From a virus (taxonomy: Duplodnaviria > Caudoviricetes): a stretch of 64,000 nt of DNA. This document shows positions 54,756 through 63,093 of this stretch, in pieces. Positions within the stretch are counted from its first letter, which is position 1; each line of letters starts with the position of its first letter. A program made the translations under genes and the position numbers. The stretch spans positions 2,184 to 66,183 of IMG/VR virus record IMGVR_UViG_3300011429_000003, one strand, 5' to 3'. The notes under the pieces were generated by a model that did not search any database, had not been told where the DNA came from, and saw nothing but the letters and a program-made list of their open reading frames with translations.

Positions 54756-55138
54756 GCGACCAGTTCCTCCTCGTCTATCCCGTGGCCCCAATACTTATCT
54801 GCCAGATCCATGGCGAGCGACGCGCGCGACATCGTACCGATCTTCAGTGCTGCGACGGCACCATCTATCAGTATCCACTCGTTGTGACACTGGACCATGA
54901 ACCATGCCTGTCCACCGGCGCGTCTCCAGTTGAGCAACCAGTAGCGCTGCTGCGGTGTGAAATCAAACTTGACGTGTGTGGAAGCTGTACGTGGCCAGCT
55001 GCGTAGCCACTTGAGCTCGAGCCAACCGTGGCGGTATGCTACGTCCGGCGTACCTGGCTGTGCAAGATTCTCCACTGGAAACGCGCTAAGTGGTCGCAGC
55101 ATCTGTACCACCTGGCTGCGCATCGCCTTCTCGCTCAT
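54617..55138 (-). CDS. PD-(D/E)XK nuclease (Holliday junction resolvase / VRR-NUC-like)
   Basis: VENLAQPGTPDV...WLELK...FTPQQRYWL. Confidence 0.75.
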   Translation of the reverse strand: MSEKAMRSQVVQMLRPLSAFPVENLAQPGTPDVAYRHGWLELKWLRSWPRTASTHVKFDFTPQQRYWLLNWRRAGGQAWFMVQCHNEWILIDGAVAALKIGTMSRASLAMDLADKYWGHGIDEEELVAWLSHSRRQSAYCLSADEEASLRRGLLAATGSPSVDTSHGSAGRGR

Positions 55139-55356
55139 GTCTTCCTCGGCTTTCTGACGACCCCCGGTATCATCGCTATCGCGTTCAGCAGGTAGTCGTC
55201 TGTCACGTGTGCTGTCTCCAGGCCCAGGAACTTCAGCTCCTGCTTTATGGACACTATCACCAGACGCTCCTGCTCCTCTCGTGGCAGGTGTTTCCACAGG
55301 AACCGTGGAGGCTTGTCGCCGTACTTGGCCAGCGCGCTCTTCAGGTTCTCGTCCAC
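55135..55356 (-). CDS. Hypothetical protein
   Basis: Operon packing. Confidence 0.5.
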   Translation of the reverse strand: MDENLKSALAKYGDKPPRFLWKHLPREEQERLVIVSIKQELKFLGLETAHVTDDYLLNAIAMIPGVVRKPRKT

Positions 55357-55359
55357 GGT

Positions 55360-57276
55360 TCACGTCGCGGTCTTCGTGGCGCCCCAGTTGGCACCGAAGG
55401 TCAGGTCCACCCTACTGGGCACCTGTAGCTTGACACAGTTTCGCATGATGTCGGCCATCTCCTCTCCCTGTGTGCGCTCGCGCACGCTGGCGTTGAGCTC
55501 GTCGTGCACCTGCAGCTGTACCGGGATGCCCGCCTTGTGCACCTCTATCAGCGCCTTCTTGGTCTGGTCCGCGCTGCTCGGCTGGATGAGGAAGTTCAGC
55601 GCCTTGTGTGTCCAGTCGCGCGTGCCGTCGTGGCGCAGCGGGAACCGGCACCGGCGCCCCAGCACCGTGATGATATAGCCGCGCTGCTCCGCCTTGCGCA
55701 TGCACAGCTGCGACAGCTCCTTGACGAACGGCACCGCGTCGTTGAACTTGTCCAGCAGCTTCTGAGCCTCGTCGCCGGCGACCTCTATCTGGCGGCCCTC
55801 GTAGTTGGTGATCCACTTGGTGGGTAGGTTCACACTGCGCGCTAGCTTGGCGCTGCCCATGCCGTAGCATAGGCCGAGGAAGATGTTCTTGCACGGGTCA
55901 CGGTGCCGCTTCTTGGTGGGCTTGTCCCAGCTGTCCCAGGCTTCCTGGCCGTAGATGAAGATCGTCATCATGTTGTGGTTGTCCGCCGTTGGGTCGTTGC
56001 GATACCTGTCGGCCATCTCCTTGGCACCTCGCAGGCCGCACAGCTCCGCGAAGTGAGTGAGCATGCGCGGTTCCTGCTGGCTGTAGTCGGCGCTGGCCCA
56101 GGTGCAGCCCTCGTCCGCCACGTAGATGGCGCGCCACATGGGGCCGAACTCGTCGCGGATCGGTTGCTGCTGCAGGTTGGGGTTGGCCATGCTGAGGCGC
56201 GCCCGTGCGCCCACCAGCGCGCCGTACTCACGCTCTCCGCGTAGCTGGTTGAACGTGGCATGTATCCTGTCGCCGACGAGATGCGCGCGCACGCTGGCCA
56301 CGAACGTCGTGCGCAGCTTGTTCACCTTGCGCGCGCGTAGTATGGCCGCCGCCGCCTTGCTGCCCCCGCTCGCGTTGAGCAGCGCCTTGTCTACCTTGGG
56401 CTGCCCACTGGGCGTGCGGCCCAGGGTCACGCCGTCGGCCAGCAGCGCCTTCACCACGAGATCCTTCTTCCACACGCCGTCCACAGGTACGTCTATCGCG
56501 GTGGCGGTGCGCACCGCCTGCAGCGCCAGCTTCTCCTCCTGCAGCGCCCAGTCCTCAACTTGCTGCAGCGCGTCCAGGTCTACACGAATACCCCTACGTG
56601 TCATCGCGAGCAGTACCGGCTGCAGCTGGCTCTCCAGATCGTAGATCTGAAGTAGATCTTGCTGCTCTAGCTCCCGCTCCTGCCTGCGGCTGATGAGCAG
56701 CGGTAGGCGCGCGTCGTGCTCCGCGTAGGGGCCGACGTACTTGCTGTGGAGCTGGTGGAACTGCCCCTTGGGCACGCCCGCGTTGGCGCGTGCGCGCTCT
56801 AGGAGATCGGTGTTCTTGCCGGGGTAGCCCCAGCGCCGCGCCACTGCGTCCAGGCTGTAGCTGTCCTGGAGCTCGTCCAGCAGCGGATCCGCCAACATGG
56901 TGTCCCGCTGCCACTTGATGCTAGGAAACGTGACTCCAGCCTCGGCCAGGTAGTCCAGGTCGTAGTTGAGATTGTGCCCGACGACGGTGCCTGTGTAGTT
57001 GCTTGCCTCGGTACGTAGATAGGACAGTACGGATCCGACTGTGAGGTTGCCACCGCCCTCGTGGCGCATCGGCAGGTAGTAGGCGGGTCCGTCCTCCAGC
57101 GCGAAGCTGACACCGATCAGGTGGCCGCCGCTGCGCACGCTGGGGCCGGTTTCCTTCAGGTGTGGATCGTACGTCTCCACATCTACGCCCACGCGGGCGG
57201 CGCCGCGCCAGCTGGGCAGCTGTGCGATGTCCGGCGGTGTCCAGTCGCTGGCTACGTCGAACAGCGGCAGCTGCAC
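55360..57276 (-). CDS. polA: DNA polymerase I-like (family A) with 3'-5' exonuclease
   Basis: DVETYD, HNLNYD, YAEHD exonuclease motifs; ADYSQQEPR (A), CKNIFLGLCYG (B), QVHDE (C). Confidence 0.96.
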   Translation of the reverse strand: MQLPLFDVASDWTPPDIAQLPSWRGAARVGVDVETYDPHLKETGPSVRSGGHLIGVSFALEDGPAYYLPMRHEGGGNLTVGSVLSYLRTEASNYTGTVVGHNLNYDLDYLAEAGVTFPSIKWQRDTMLADPLLDELQDSYSLDAVARRWGYPGKNTDLLERARANAGVPKGQFHQLHSKYVGPYAEHDARLPLLISRRQERELEQQDLLQIYDLESQLQPVLLAMTRRGIRVDLDALQQVEDWALQEEKLALQAVRTATAIDVPVDGVWKKDLVVKALLADGVTLGRTPSGQPKVDKALLNASGGSKAAAAILRARKVNKLRTTFVASVRAHLVGDRIHATFNQLRGEREYGALVGARARLSMANPNLQQQPIRDEFGPMWRAIYVADEGCTWASADYSQQEPRMLTHFAELCGLRGAKEMADRYRNDPTADNHNMMTIFIYGQEAWDSWDKPTKKRHRDPCKNIFLGLCYGMGSAKLARSVNLPTKWITNYEGRQIEVAGDEAQKLLDKFNDAVPFVKELSQLCMRKAEQRGYIITVLGRRCRFPLRHDGTRDWTHKALNFLIQPSSADQTKKALIEVHKAGIPVQLQVHDELNASVRERTQGEEMADIMRNCVKLQVPSRVDLTFGANWGATKTAT

Positions 57277-57277
57277 C

Positions 57278-57394
57278 TCAGTGCCCCCACGCCATACGTG
57301 TCACCCAGATGAACACCCACCACGCGCCCAGGGCTAAGGCCAGCGTGAACGCGATCAGGAGCAGCGCCTTGACGATGGTGAAGAAGTCTCTCAC
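57278..57394 (-). CDS. Small membrane protein
   Basis: GTGA overlap; one TM segment. Confidence 0.45.
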   Translation of the reverse strand: MRDFFTIVKALLLIAFTLALALGAWWVFIWVTRMAWGH

Positions 57395-57783
57395 GTGCCC
57401 ACCTGCCGTGCGCGCACTTCTGCTTCCACCAGCATCAGGTAGCGGCGCAGATCGCGGATATCGTCTATCAAGCCTTCCTCGCGCGGATCCGCCTGTATGT
57501 GGGCGAGGATATCCCACATCACGACAGCAGTGCCTTGCTGCGTGTCGTCGTCAGAGCCAGCTGCTTCCTCTTCCTTGACCTGTTTCTCGATGCGATCCCA
57601 CTTACGCGCGAGCATCATGAAGGCACCGACGCCCCCACGTTTCTTCCAGCTATCGCCGTAGCTTTCCTCCGCCTTGCGCAGGCCCGCTACGTCTCCAGCA
57701 GCGACAGTGTCCAGCGTCTTGTGTAGGCTGGCCAGGTCTTCCGCCGCGAGCACCTCCAGGAAGTCCAGGTACGTCTTGATCAT
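57391..57783 (-). CDS. MazG-like nucleotide pyrophosphohydrolase (modification-associated)
   Basis: SYGDSWKKRGGVGAFMMLARKWDRIE...DDIRDLRRYL. Confidence 0.65.
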   Translation of the reverse strand: MIKTYLDFLEVLAAEDLASLHKTLDTVAAGDVAGLRKAEESYGDSWKKRGGVGAFMMLARKWDRIEKQVKEEEAAGSDDDTQQGTAVVMWDILAHIQADPREEGLIDDIRDLRRYLMLVEAEVRARQVGT

Positions 57784-57956
57784 AGCGGTTCTATCCCTTC
57801 CGGTAGCGGCACGTTCTCCGTCCAGCCTAGCATCTCATCCGGCACGTCGTCGCCGAACTTGTCGCGGAACTTCTCCTGTGCTTCCGCCAACGTGTCGGCC
57901 TCGAAGTACAGCGGATCGTTCTCTCCGTCTACGGAGTTGATGACCTTGTAGATCAC
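57780..57956 (-). CDS. Small acidic hypothetical protein
   Basis: GTGA/ATGA overlaps, SD AGGAGG. Confidence 0.55.
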   Translation of the reverse strand: MIYKVINSVDGENDPLYFEADTLAEAQEKFRDKFGDDVPDEMLGWTENVPLPEGIEPL

Positions 57957-58453
57957 AGCAGCGCCTCCTGTTTCGTGTTGAGGTGGACCTGGCGCACAGG
58001 CTCCGGTACCCAGCTGCTGTTGAGCAGCTCGTCGCACTTGGCCTTCACTTCCAGCAGCAGATCGTTGCCGAACTTCTCCTCGCGCAGGCAGAACAGGTAT
58101 AGCTCCAGCAGATCTAGCCCACGTAGCCAGTCGCGCTCCGCGTCGGACAGACTGTGTATGTGCACGCCCATCTCAGCAGCCGTCACGCGTTCCGCCTTCT
58201 CCAGCATGCTGGTCAGGTCGGGCCAACGTTCCTTCGTGTGGCGGGGCACGTCTCCCACTTGGTACTCTGGGAGATCATGCTCCAGGCACGACATCACCAG
58301 CTGATGAGACGGTGGGTTCTTGCCGGGCCACAGATGGTACAGCAGGACTGCCATGCCCCAGCTGTGCTGCGCGATGCTGTACGGCAGGTGGTGCGGGCGC
58401 GTGTGCAGCCGCTCCACGTGGCCTGCGTCAATCAGCTTCGGTACGTGCGTCAT
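57953..58453 (-). CDS. HD-domain 5'-deoxynucleotidase (YfbR-like)
   Basis: RLHT...SIAQHSW...LEHDLPEYQVGDVP. Confidence 0.85.
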   Translation of the reverse strand: MTHVPKLIDAGHVERLHTRPHHLPYSIAQHSWGMAVLLYHLWPGKNPPSHQLVMSCLEHDLPEYQVGDVPRHTKERWPDLTSMLEKAERVTAAEMGVHIHSLSDAERDWLRGLDLLELYLFCLREEKFGNDLLLEVKAKCDELLNSSWVPEPVRQVHLNTKQEALL

Positions 58454-59450
58454 GCTTCTGTCTCCTCCGTTGTAGCCACTCTATCACGGCCCGACGCCAG
58501 TCTGTAGCGCCGATACCACCGGCCCGCACCAGCGCGAGCTCGTAGTCATGCTGCTTGTGTGCGTCGTGTGCGAGCACCATAGGCAGCGCCACGCGCCTGA
58601 AGAACGGTTCCTGGTAGCCCATGGCCTTGGCGCCCACGTCCAGGAACGTAGCTAGCTCCTGCTCCCAGCGTTCGGCGTTCACCATGAACAGATCGTAGGG
58701 CTGCACGTTGTCGTAGGGGTTCTCCCACTGCACCACTCGGTGCAGCTGGTGGACCTTGTCGGCGAGCGGGCGTAGGGGCTCGAACACGTCCACGTAGGCG
58801 TGCCAGTTGTCGCTGACCTGCCAGTACGTGCCTACGTTGCGCCCCAGGCGGGCCGCAACGTACTCCTGCAGATAGCTGAAGTGTACCGCGTTGGCGCCGT
58901 AGCAGCCCCAGATGATGTCGTTGCTACGGTTGAACACGGTCATGTCCAGCATGCCTGCCGCGTTCACCTGGAAGTGGGCCACCAGATTGCAGGGTACGTC
59001 CTTGCCGTCTCGCCCCAGATCCGTGGTGTGTTGCCACATCTGCAGCACGGCGCGCCTGTCTTCCGGATACTTGCGCAGCTGCTCCACGATCTTGTTGAGC
59101 TGATCCAGTGGCGGTGCGCAGCCGCCGCGCCACCGGTAGCCGTAGGCGCCGTGGAACGTCTTGCCGTCGTCGCTGAACTGCGCCATGCGCCCCACGAAAC
59201 GTGTCAGGCTCTTCACGTCGTTGCGCCCGCCCAGCATCCACAACGACTCGTAGAAGTGGAAGAACGGGTTGGCGTCTCTCTCCGGCCAGAAGAGAACACG
59301 TTCCCTTGGGAACGCGTATCGCGTGGTCACCGGTTCCGGTGCCACCAGCGCCTTGCCGTTGCGCGTGTCGCGTGGCTGGCCCCACTGGCCCAGAAGCCTG
59401 ATGGCTTCTGGGAGGGCCTCGTGTACGTTGCGTACAGGTAGTACGATCAT
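58428..59450 (-). CDS. Thymidylate synthase-fold dUMP hydroxymethylase (predicted)
   Basis: DANPFFH, YGYRWR, DRRAVLQMW, KDVPCN (catalytic Cys), FNRSNDIIWGCYGAN (Asn at the dUMP-specificity position), SDNWHAY. Confidence 0.8.
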   Translation of the reverse strand: MIVLPVRNVHEALPEAIRLLGQWGQPRDTRNGKALVAPEPVTTRYAFPRERVLFWPERDANPFFHFYESLWMLGGRNDVKSLTRFVGRMAQFSDDGKTFHGAYGYRWRGGCAPPLDQLNKIVEQLRKYPEDRRAVLQMWQHTTDLGRDGKDVPCNLVAHFQVNAAGMLDMTVFNRSNDIIWGCYGANAVHFSYLQEYVAARLGRNVGTYWQVSDNWHAYVDVFEPLRPLADKVHQLHRVVQWENPYDNVQPYDLFMVNAERWEQELATFLDVGAKAMGYQEPFFRRVALPMVLAHDAHKQHDYELALVRAGGIGATDWRRAVIEWLQRRRQKHDARTEAD

Positions 59451-60409
59451 ACCGACACCTTCGCCACAGCTGCATGCAGTTGTTCCTTCAGCAGCGTCTG
59501 GTAGTGCTCACGCCAGCGCACCTGATCCACGGCGATCCGTTCCGCGTTGGCCAGCGCGCGTGCGACGTCATCGTGGCTACGCACGATCCACTCTGGCTCC
59601 ATGCTGAGGCCCGCGCGCTTGAAGGTACCGGTGCAGCGCGCGTCCACCAGGATGGCCATGCCCGCCGACAGCGCCTCGTAGAAGCGGTTCGCCAGGCTGC
59701 AGTAGGCCGTGTCGCTCCAGTCATCGTGCGTGTATATAGTGGCGCGGTACCTGGTCAGCGCGGCTATCAGTGGGTTCAGTTGGCCCACGTAGTTGGCGTT
59801 CGGCAGGAACTCCTTGAATTTCTGCACGGACTGCGGCGCGGTGCTTACAGTAACCGGGAACTGACCGTGTAGCAGCTGGCGCAGGCGCCCTTCTCTGCCC
59901 TTGCGCAGCGCGCCCCAGTACAGCACGCCAGGCTCTCTGTCCACGTGTGTCATGCCGTCGCGCGGTTCGTATGTCAGCTGGTTCCAGTTCACGTAGCTGT
60001 CCAGCGGATAGCGGGCGGGGCGCAGCTGGCCGGGCACCGTACTCCACAGGCTGTAGCCGTAGTAGTCGCCAGCCTCGGCCCGGTGCTTGCCCCAGCGCCG
60101 CTGCTGATGCGACTTGGACTGGCTGGGTGGTCGCATCTTGTAGTCGTTGTTGACGAACACCGCGTTGCGCGCCAACCACAGCCCCTCTGCGCTGAACCGA
60201 CGCACCGCCTCCGGGGCGAAGCCGGTGGGGCTGTTCACCAGCACGAACAGATCTAGCGCCTGCAGCTGCTCGTCGGTGCAGCGCGCTACGTCCTCCTCCG
60301 TGTGTACCAGCGGCGCGCCAAGCTGCTGCGCCACGTAGTTGGCGATGCGCACGCTGGCCACCATGCTACCGGGAGAACACTTGGTCAGATGACAGACAAG
60401 GGCGTTCAC
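59447..60409 (-). CDS. GT-B glycosyltransferase, T4 beta-glucosyltransferase-like
   Basis: YWGALRKGRE and ATIYTHDD...LANRFYEALSAGMAILVD parallel BGT YGGSFRSGQRE and LIIGDKNY...TLRVWETMASDAVMLID. Confidence 0.65.
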   Translation of the reverse strand: MNALVCHLTKCSPGSMVASVRIANYVAQQLGAPLVHTEEDVARCTDEQLQALDLFVLVNSPTGFAPEAVRRFSAEGLWLARNAVFVNNDYKMRPPSQSKSHQQRRWGKHRAEAGDYYGYSLWSTVPGQLRPARYPLDSYVNWNQLTYEPRDGMTHVDREPGVLYWGALRKGREGRLRQLLHGQFPVTVSTAPQSVQKFKEFLPNANYVGQLNPLIAALTRYRATIYTHDDWSDTAYCSLANRFYEALSAGMAILVDARCTGTFKRAGLSMEPEWIVRSHDDVARALANAERIAVDQVRWREHYQTLLKEQLHAAVAKVSV

Positions 60410-61413
60410 AGTTTCATCTCCTCCGCGTACAGGTTGCCCACCAGCTGGTGGTCGTGTTGCTTCAGTAGCTCGTCGCCAGCTTCTACGACACGCTGCTCGT
60501 GTTCACCGTAGTAGCTGCCGTGCCGTAGCACACCGGCTAGCTGCTCGGCGCCGGACACGGTGACCACGTGCTTGCCACGCACCAGTTCACCGGGTACGGT
60601 GAACCAGTCCTCGTGCATGATGTTCACGGCACGCGCGTCCATGGCTTCCAGTAGCGGGTACTGCGTGCCGCCGCCGTCGTCCGGGAAACGGGTCATGTCC
60701 ACGCAGTACGCGGCGCGCGCACAGATAGCTGGCGCCGCCTCGAACGTCATCGGGAACGCCTTGTGCTGGCCCTGCTTGAAGACGTCCGGGTACCGCTGGG
60801 CTAGCTGATAGCTGTAGATGCGGTGCTCCGCGCCCAGTATCTCGACGCGCCGCTCCGGTGGCAGCAGGCGGTTGGCCTCCAGCAGCAGGTGCGTGCGCTT
60901 CACGCTCTTCACGTGTGTCACGGACACCGCCACCTTGTCGCGCAATACACCGCTAGGCGCGCTGCGCATGTACGGGTGCGGCAGCCAAAGTGCTTCCGGG
61001 AAGTAGCGTCGCATGGACTGCCTGATGAGAATGGGGCGCGTGGGCAGCTTGGTGTCGGGCTTGATGTGATCGTGCACCTTGAACTCCATGGCGTCGTGTA
61101 CCACCAGGCGTGCGCCCGCCGCTAGCAGCTGCGGTACCAGCGTGTACTGCGGCTGGTCCTTGGCTGCGGCAGCCGCCGTGATGATGGCCGGTGTGTGCTT
61201 GACCAGTTGCAGTAGATCGCGCGCGGAGAAGTTGCGATACCACGTGTGCGCGAACCTACCGAAAGGGCGCAGCTTGTCCTCCGTGCGAATGCGTGCGCGG
61301 TATATCATCGGCTGATGCCCCGCTGCCTGCAGCGCCGCGTGCAGGTGTGCCGTGTACGTGGTGGTGCCGCCGCCGAGCCCGGGGCGCAGGAACAGGATAG
61401 CTACCTCACTCAT
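60406..61413 (-). CDS. GT-B glycosyltransferase
   Basis: GLGGGTTTYTAHL N-terminal loop; DMTRFPDDGGGTQYPLLEAMD (GT-B E motif). Confidence 0.7.
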   Translation of the reverse strand: MSEVAILFLRPGLGGGTTTYTAHLHAALQAAGHQPMIYRARIRTEDKLRPFGRFAHTWYRNFSARDLLQLVKHTPAIITAAAAAKDQPQYTLVPQLLAAGARLVVHDAMEFKVHDHIKPDTKLPTRPILIRQSMRRYFPEALWLPHPYMRSAPSGVLRDKVAVSVTHVKSVKRTHLLLEANRLLPPERRVEILGAEHRIYSYQLAQRYPDVFKQGQHKAFPMTFEAAPAICARAAYCVDMTRFPDDGGGTQYPLLEAMDARAVNIMHEDWFTVPGELVRGKHVVTVSGAEQLAGVLRHGSYYGEHEQRVVEAGDELLKQHDHQLVGNLYAEEMKL

Positions 61414-62230
61414 AGCGGCGCTTCAGCTTTCTGCCTTGCATGGCACGCACGTACTTGTCGAACTCGCATAGGGTGTGCTCCACCTCTCGCAGCTCCCAGG
61501 GGCGTTCCGGCCACGGCCACAGCTGCGTGTGCCTGCTGTCGGCCAGCAGGCTCTGCATCAGCGGTACGGCGGTGGCTGGTTTGCACCAACCGTGCACGTG
61601 CTCCAGCCCACGCCGCGCGCCTGGCCCCAGGTTGGCCCAGGTGTTCACGTCCGGTGCGTCTTCCAGTACGCACGTATGCCGCAGGTCGGTGACCACCTCG
61701 TATGCCATGAACGGCCCCAACCCGGGGGCGCCCATCAGCAGCTCGTGCGCGTGCTGCAGCGTCTTGGGCTTCGCGGCGATGAACTTGGCGCTGGTCTCCT
61801 CGAAGCGCTCCATGCACCAGCAGATGCTGTCCAGCTTGTTGACGTCTCGCACGCCCGGCCTGGGCAGTATCATGTAGGCACCGGTGACCAGCGGGCGGAG
61901 GCCCCTAACTGCGGCGCGCACCAGCTGCTCGTCCCAGCCGTAGTTCAGCAGCACGTTCTTGATCTTCTCGCCCGTCTCTATGCGCGTGAACCAGCGGAAC
62001 GCGACGGTAGCCCACAGCACCGCGTCGTACTCCCAGTGTAGGGGCTCACGTATGTTGTCGCGGAACCAGGCTGTGGTCTTGTCGTCCTCCCTGAAGACGT
62101 GGCAGAATCGCCACTGCTGCAGTACGGGGTCTTCCGTCCAGGGCTTGGGCTGGCCCGCGTCACGCCGCAGCTTAATGTGATAGCGTTCGCGTGCGTAGGC
62201 GAAGAACGCCTCGGTGCCTTGTGGTTTCAT
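61406..62230 (-). CDS. 5-hmdU DNA kinase family (aGPT-Pplase1 helical family)
   Basis: PWTEDPVLQQWRFCHVFREDDKTT, VTGAYMI, GPFMAYEVVTDL, GPGARRGL, EVEHTLCEFDKY. Confidence 0.85.
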   Translation of the reverse strand: MKPQGTEAFFAYARERYHIKLRRDAGQPKPWTEDPVLQQWRFCHVFREDDKTTAWFRDNIREPLHWEYDAVLWATVAFRWFTRIETGEKIKNVLLNYGWDEQLVRAAVRGLRPLVTGAYMILPRPGVRDVNKLDSICWCMERFEETSAKFIAAKPKTLQHAHELLMGAPGLGPFMAYEVVTDLRHTCVLEDAPDVNTWANLGPGARRGLEHVHGWCKPATAVPLMQSLLADSRHTQLWPWPERPWELREVEHTLCEFDKYVRAMQGRKLKRRYE

Positions 62231-62439
62231 ATCTCCCGCTTGTGTAGCTGCGCGCGCAGTATCTGCACGAAGCGCAGCATCCCGACACGATGGTTGGGGT
62301 CCAACTCGAAGGTACTGAATATCTCCTGTGCCGCCTTGAGCGCCTCGTACGTTTTCCTGACAGCGTGCTGACGACCCAGCACGTAGGCGTAGGTGAGGGC
62401 AGCCACGAGAAGAACGAGAAGAATCAGGTCTGCTATCAT
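62227..62439 (-). CDS. Small membrane protein
   Basis: N-terminal TM; ATGA overlaps. Confidence 0.55.
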   Translation of the reverse strand: MIADLILLVLLVAALTYAYVLGRQHAVRKTYEALKAAQEIFSTFELDPNHRVGMLRFVQILRAQLHKREI

Positions 62440-62930
62440 CTCTTGACCTCCGCGCAGAACTCTATCAGTGCACGCCGCAGGCGGGCGTGTGCCTGCGTGT
62501 CGTTCCACACGCGGCACCTGCCGCTGGGGTGGGGCAGCGTCATGCAGTCTATGCCGTCCACCACGTACACGGTGCCCCACTGCCGGGGCGCGTCTGTGAA
62601 GGCGCGCTCCACCTTGCGCCCCAGCAGCACCAGCCGCGCGTTCTCCGGTGCGCCGTACTGCATGTGCTGGTCGGCCGCGTAGCTCAGCATCTCCTCGGCG
62701 TGCTTGGTGGCCAGGGCTGCGTTCCACGCACCACTTGTGGCACACGGAGGCAGCAGGTTGAACATATAGCTCACGCGGTCACCGCCAACTGCAAGCCAGC
62801 GCGTGCGCGTACTGCTGACAACCCGCAGCGCCGGGCTCAGCATGGGCTTCCAGTCCGCAGCCAGCCGGGCCTCCGCACGTGCGGACAGCTTCGGGTTGTG
62901 TATCCGCTCACCTACGGCTATCACGATCAA
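62436..62930 (-). CDS. Uracil-DNA glycosylase-superfamily-like protein
   Basis: VLLGRKV..AF and LPHPSGRCRVWN motif-B-like. Confidence 0.55.
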   Translation of the reverse strand: MIVIAVGERIHNPKLSARAEARLAADWKPMLSPALRVVSSTRTRWLAVGGDRVSYMFNLLPPCATSGAWNAALATKHAEEMLSYAADQHMQYGAPENARLVLLGRKVERAFTDAPRQWGTVYVVDGIDCMTLPHPSGRCRVWNDTQAHARLRRALIEFCAEVKR

Positions 62931-63093
62931 GGAGTTCCTCCCTGCGGCTGACGTGCCACCCACTGCAGAACTCACACTTGTACGCCACGTAACGGTTGTC
63001 GAACATCCTCCGCTTGCCCACCGCGTGGCCCGCCGCACCGTTGCGCGTGGTGAACTTCTTCTTGCCGTGACACACTTTCCGTTTCTTGCTCAT
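62908..63093 (-). CDS. Small basic zinc-finger-like protein
   Basis: CHGKKKF...YKCEFCSGWHVS. Confidence 0.6.
   Translation of the reverse strand: MSKKRKVCHGKKKFTTRNGAAGHAVGKRRMFDNRYVAYKCEFCSGWHVSRREELLDRDSRR

Noticed and set aside
58428-59450. Ordinary ThyA or T4-type dCMP hydroxymethylase
   Set aside because: Lacks typical ThyA folate-binding motifs, has Asn (not Asp) at the specificity position, and neighbours a 5-hmdU kinase-family gene
57391-62930. 7-deazaguanine or 2-aminoadenine (Z) modification system
   Set aside because: No DpdA, FolE, QueC/D/E or PurZ motifs seen anywhere in the window
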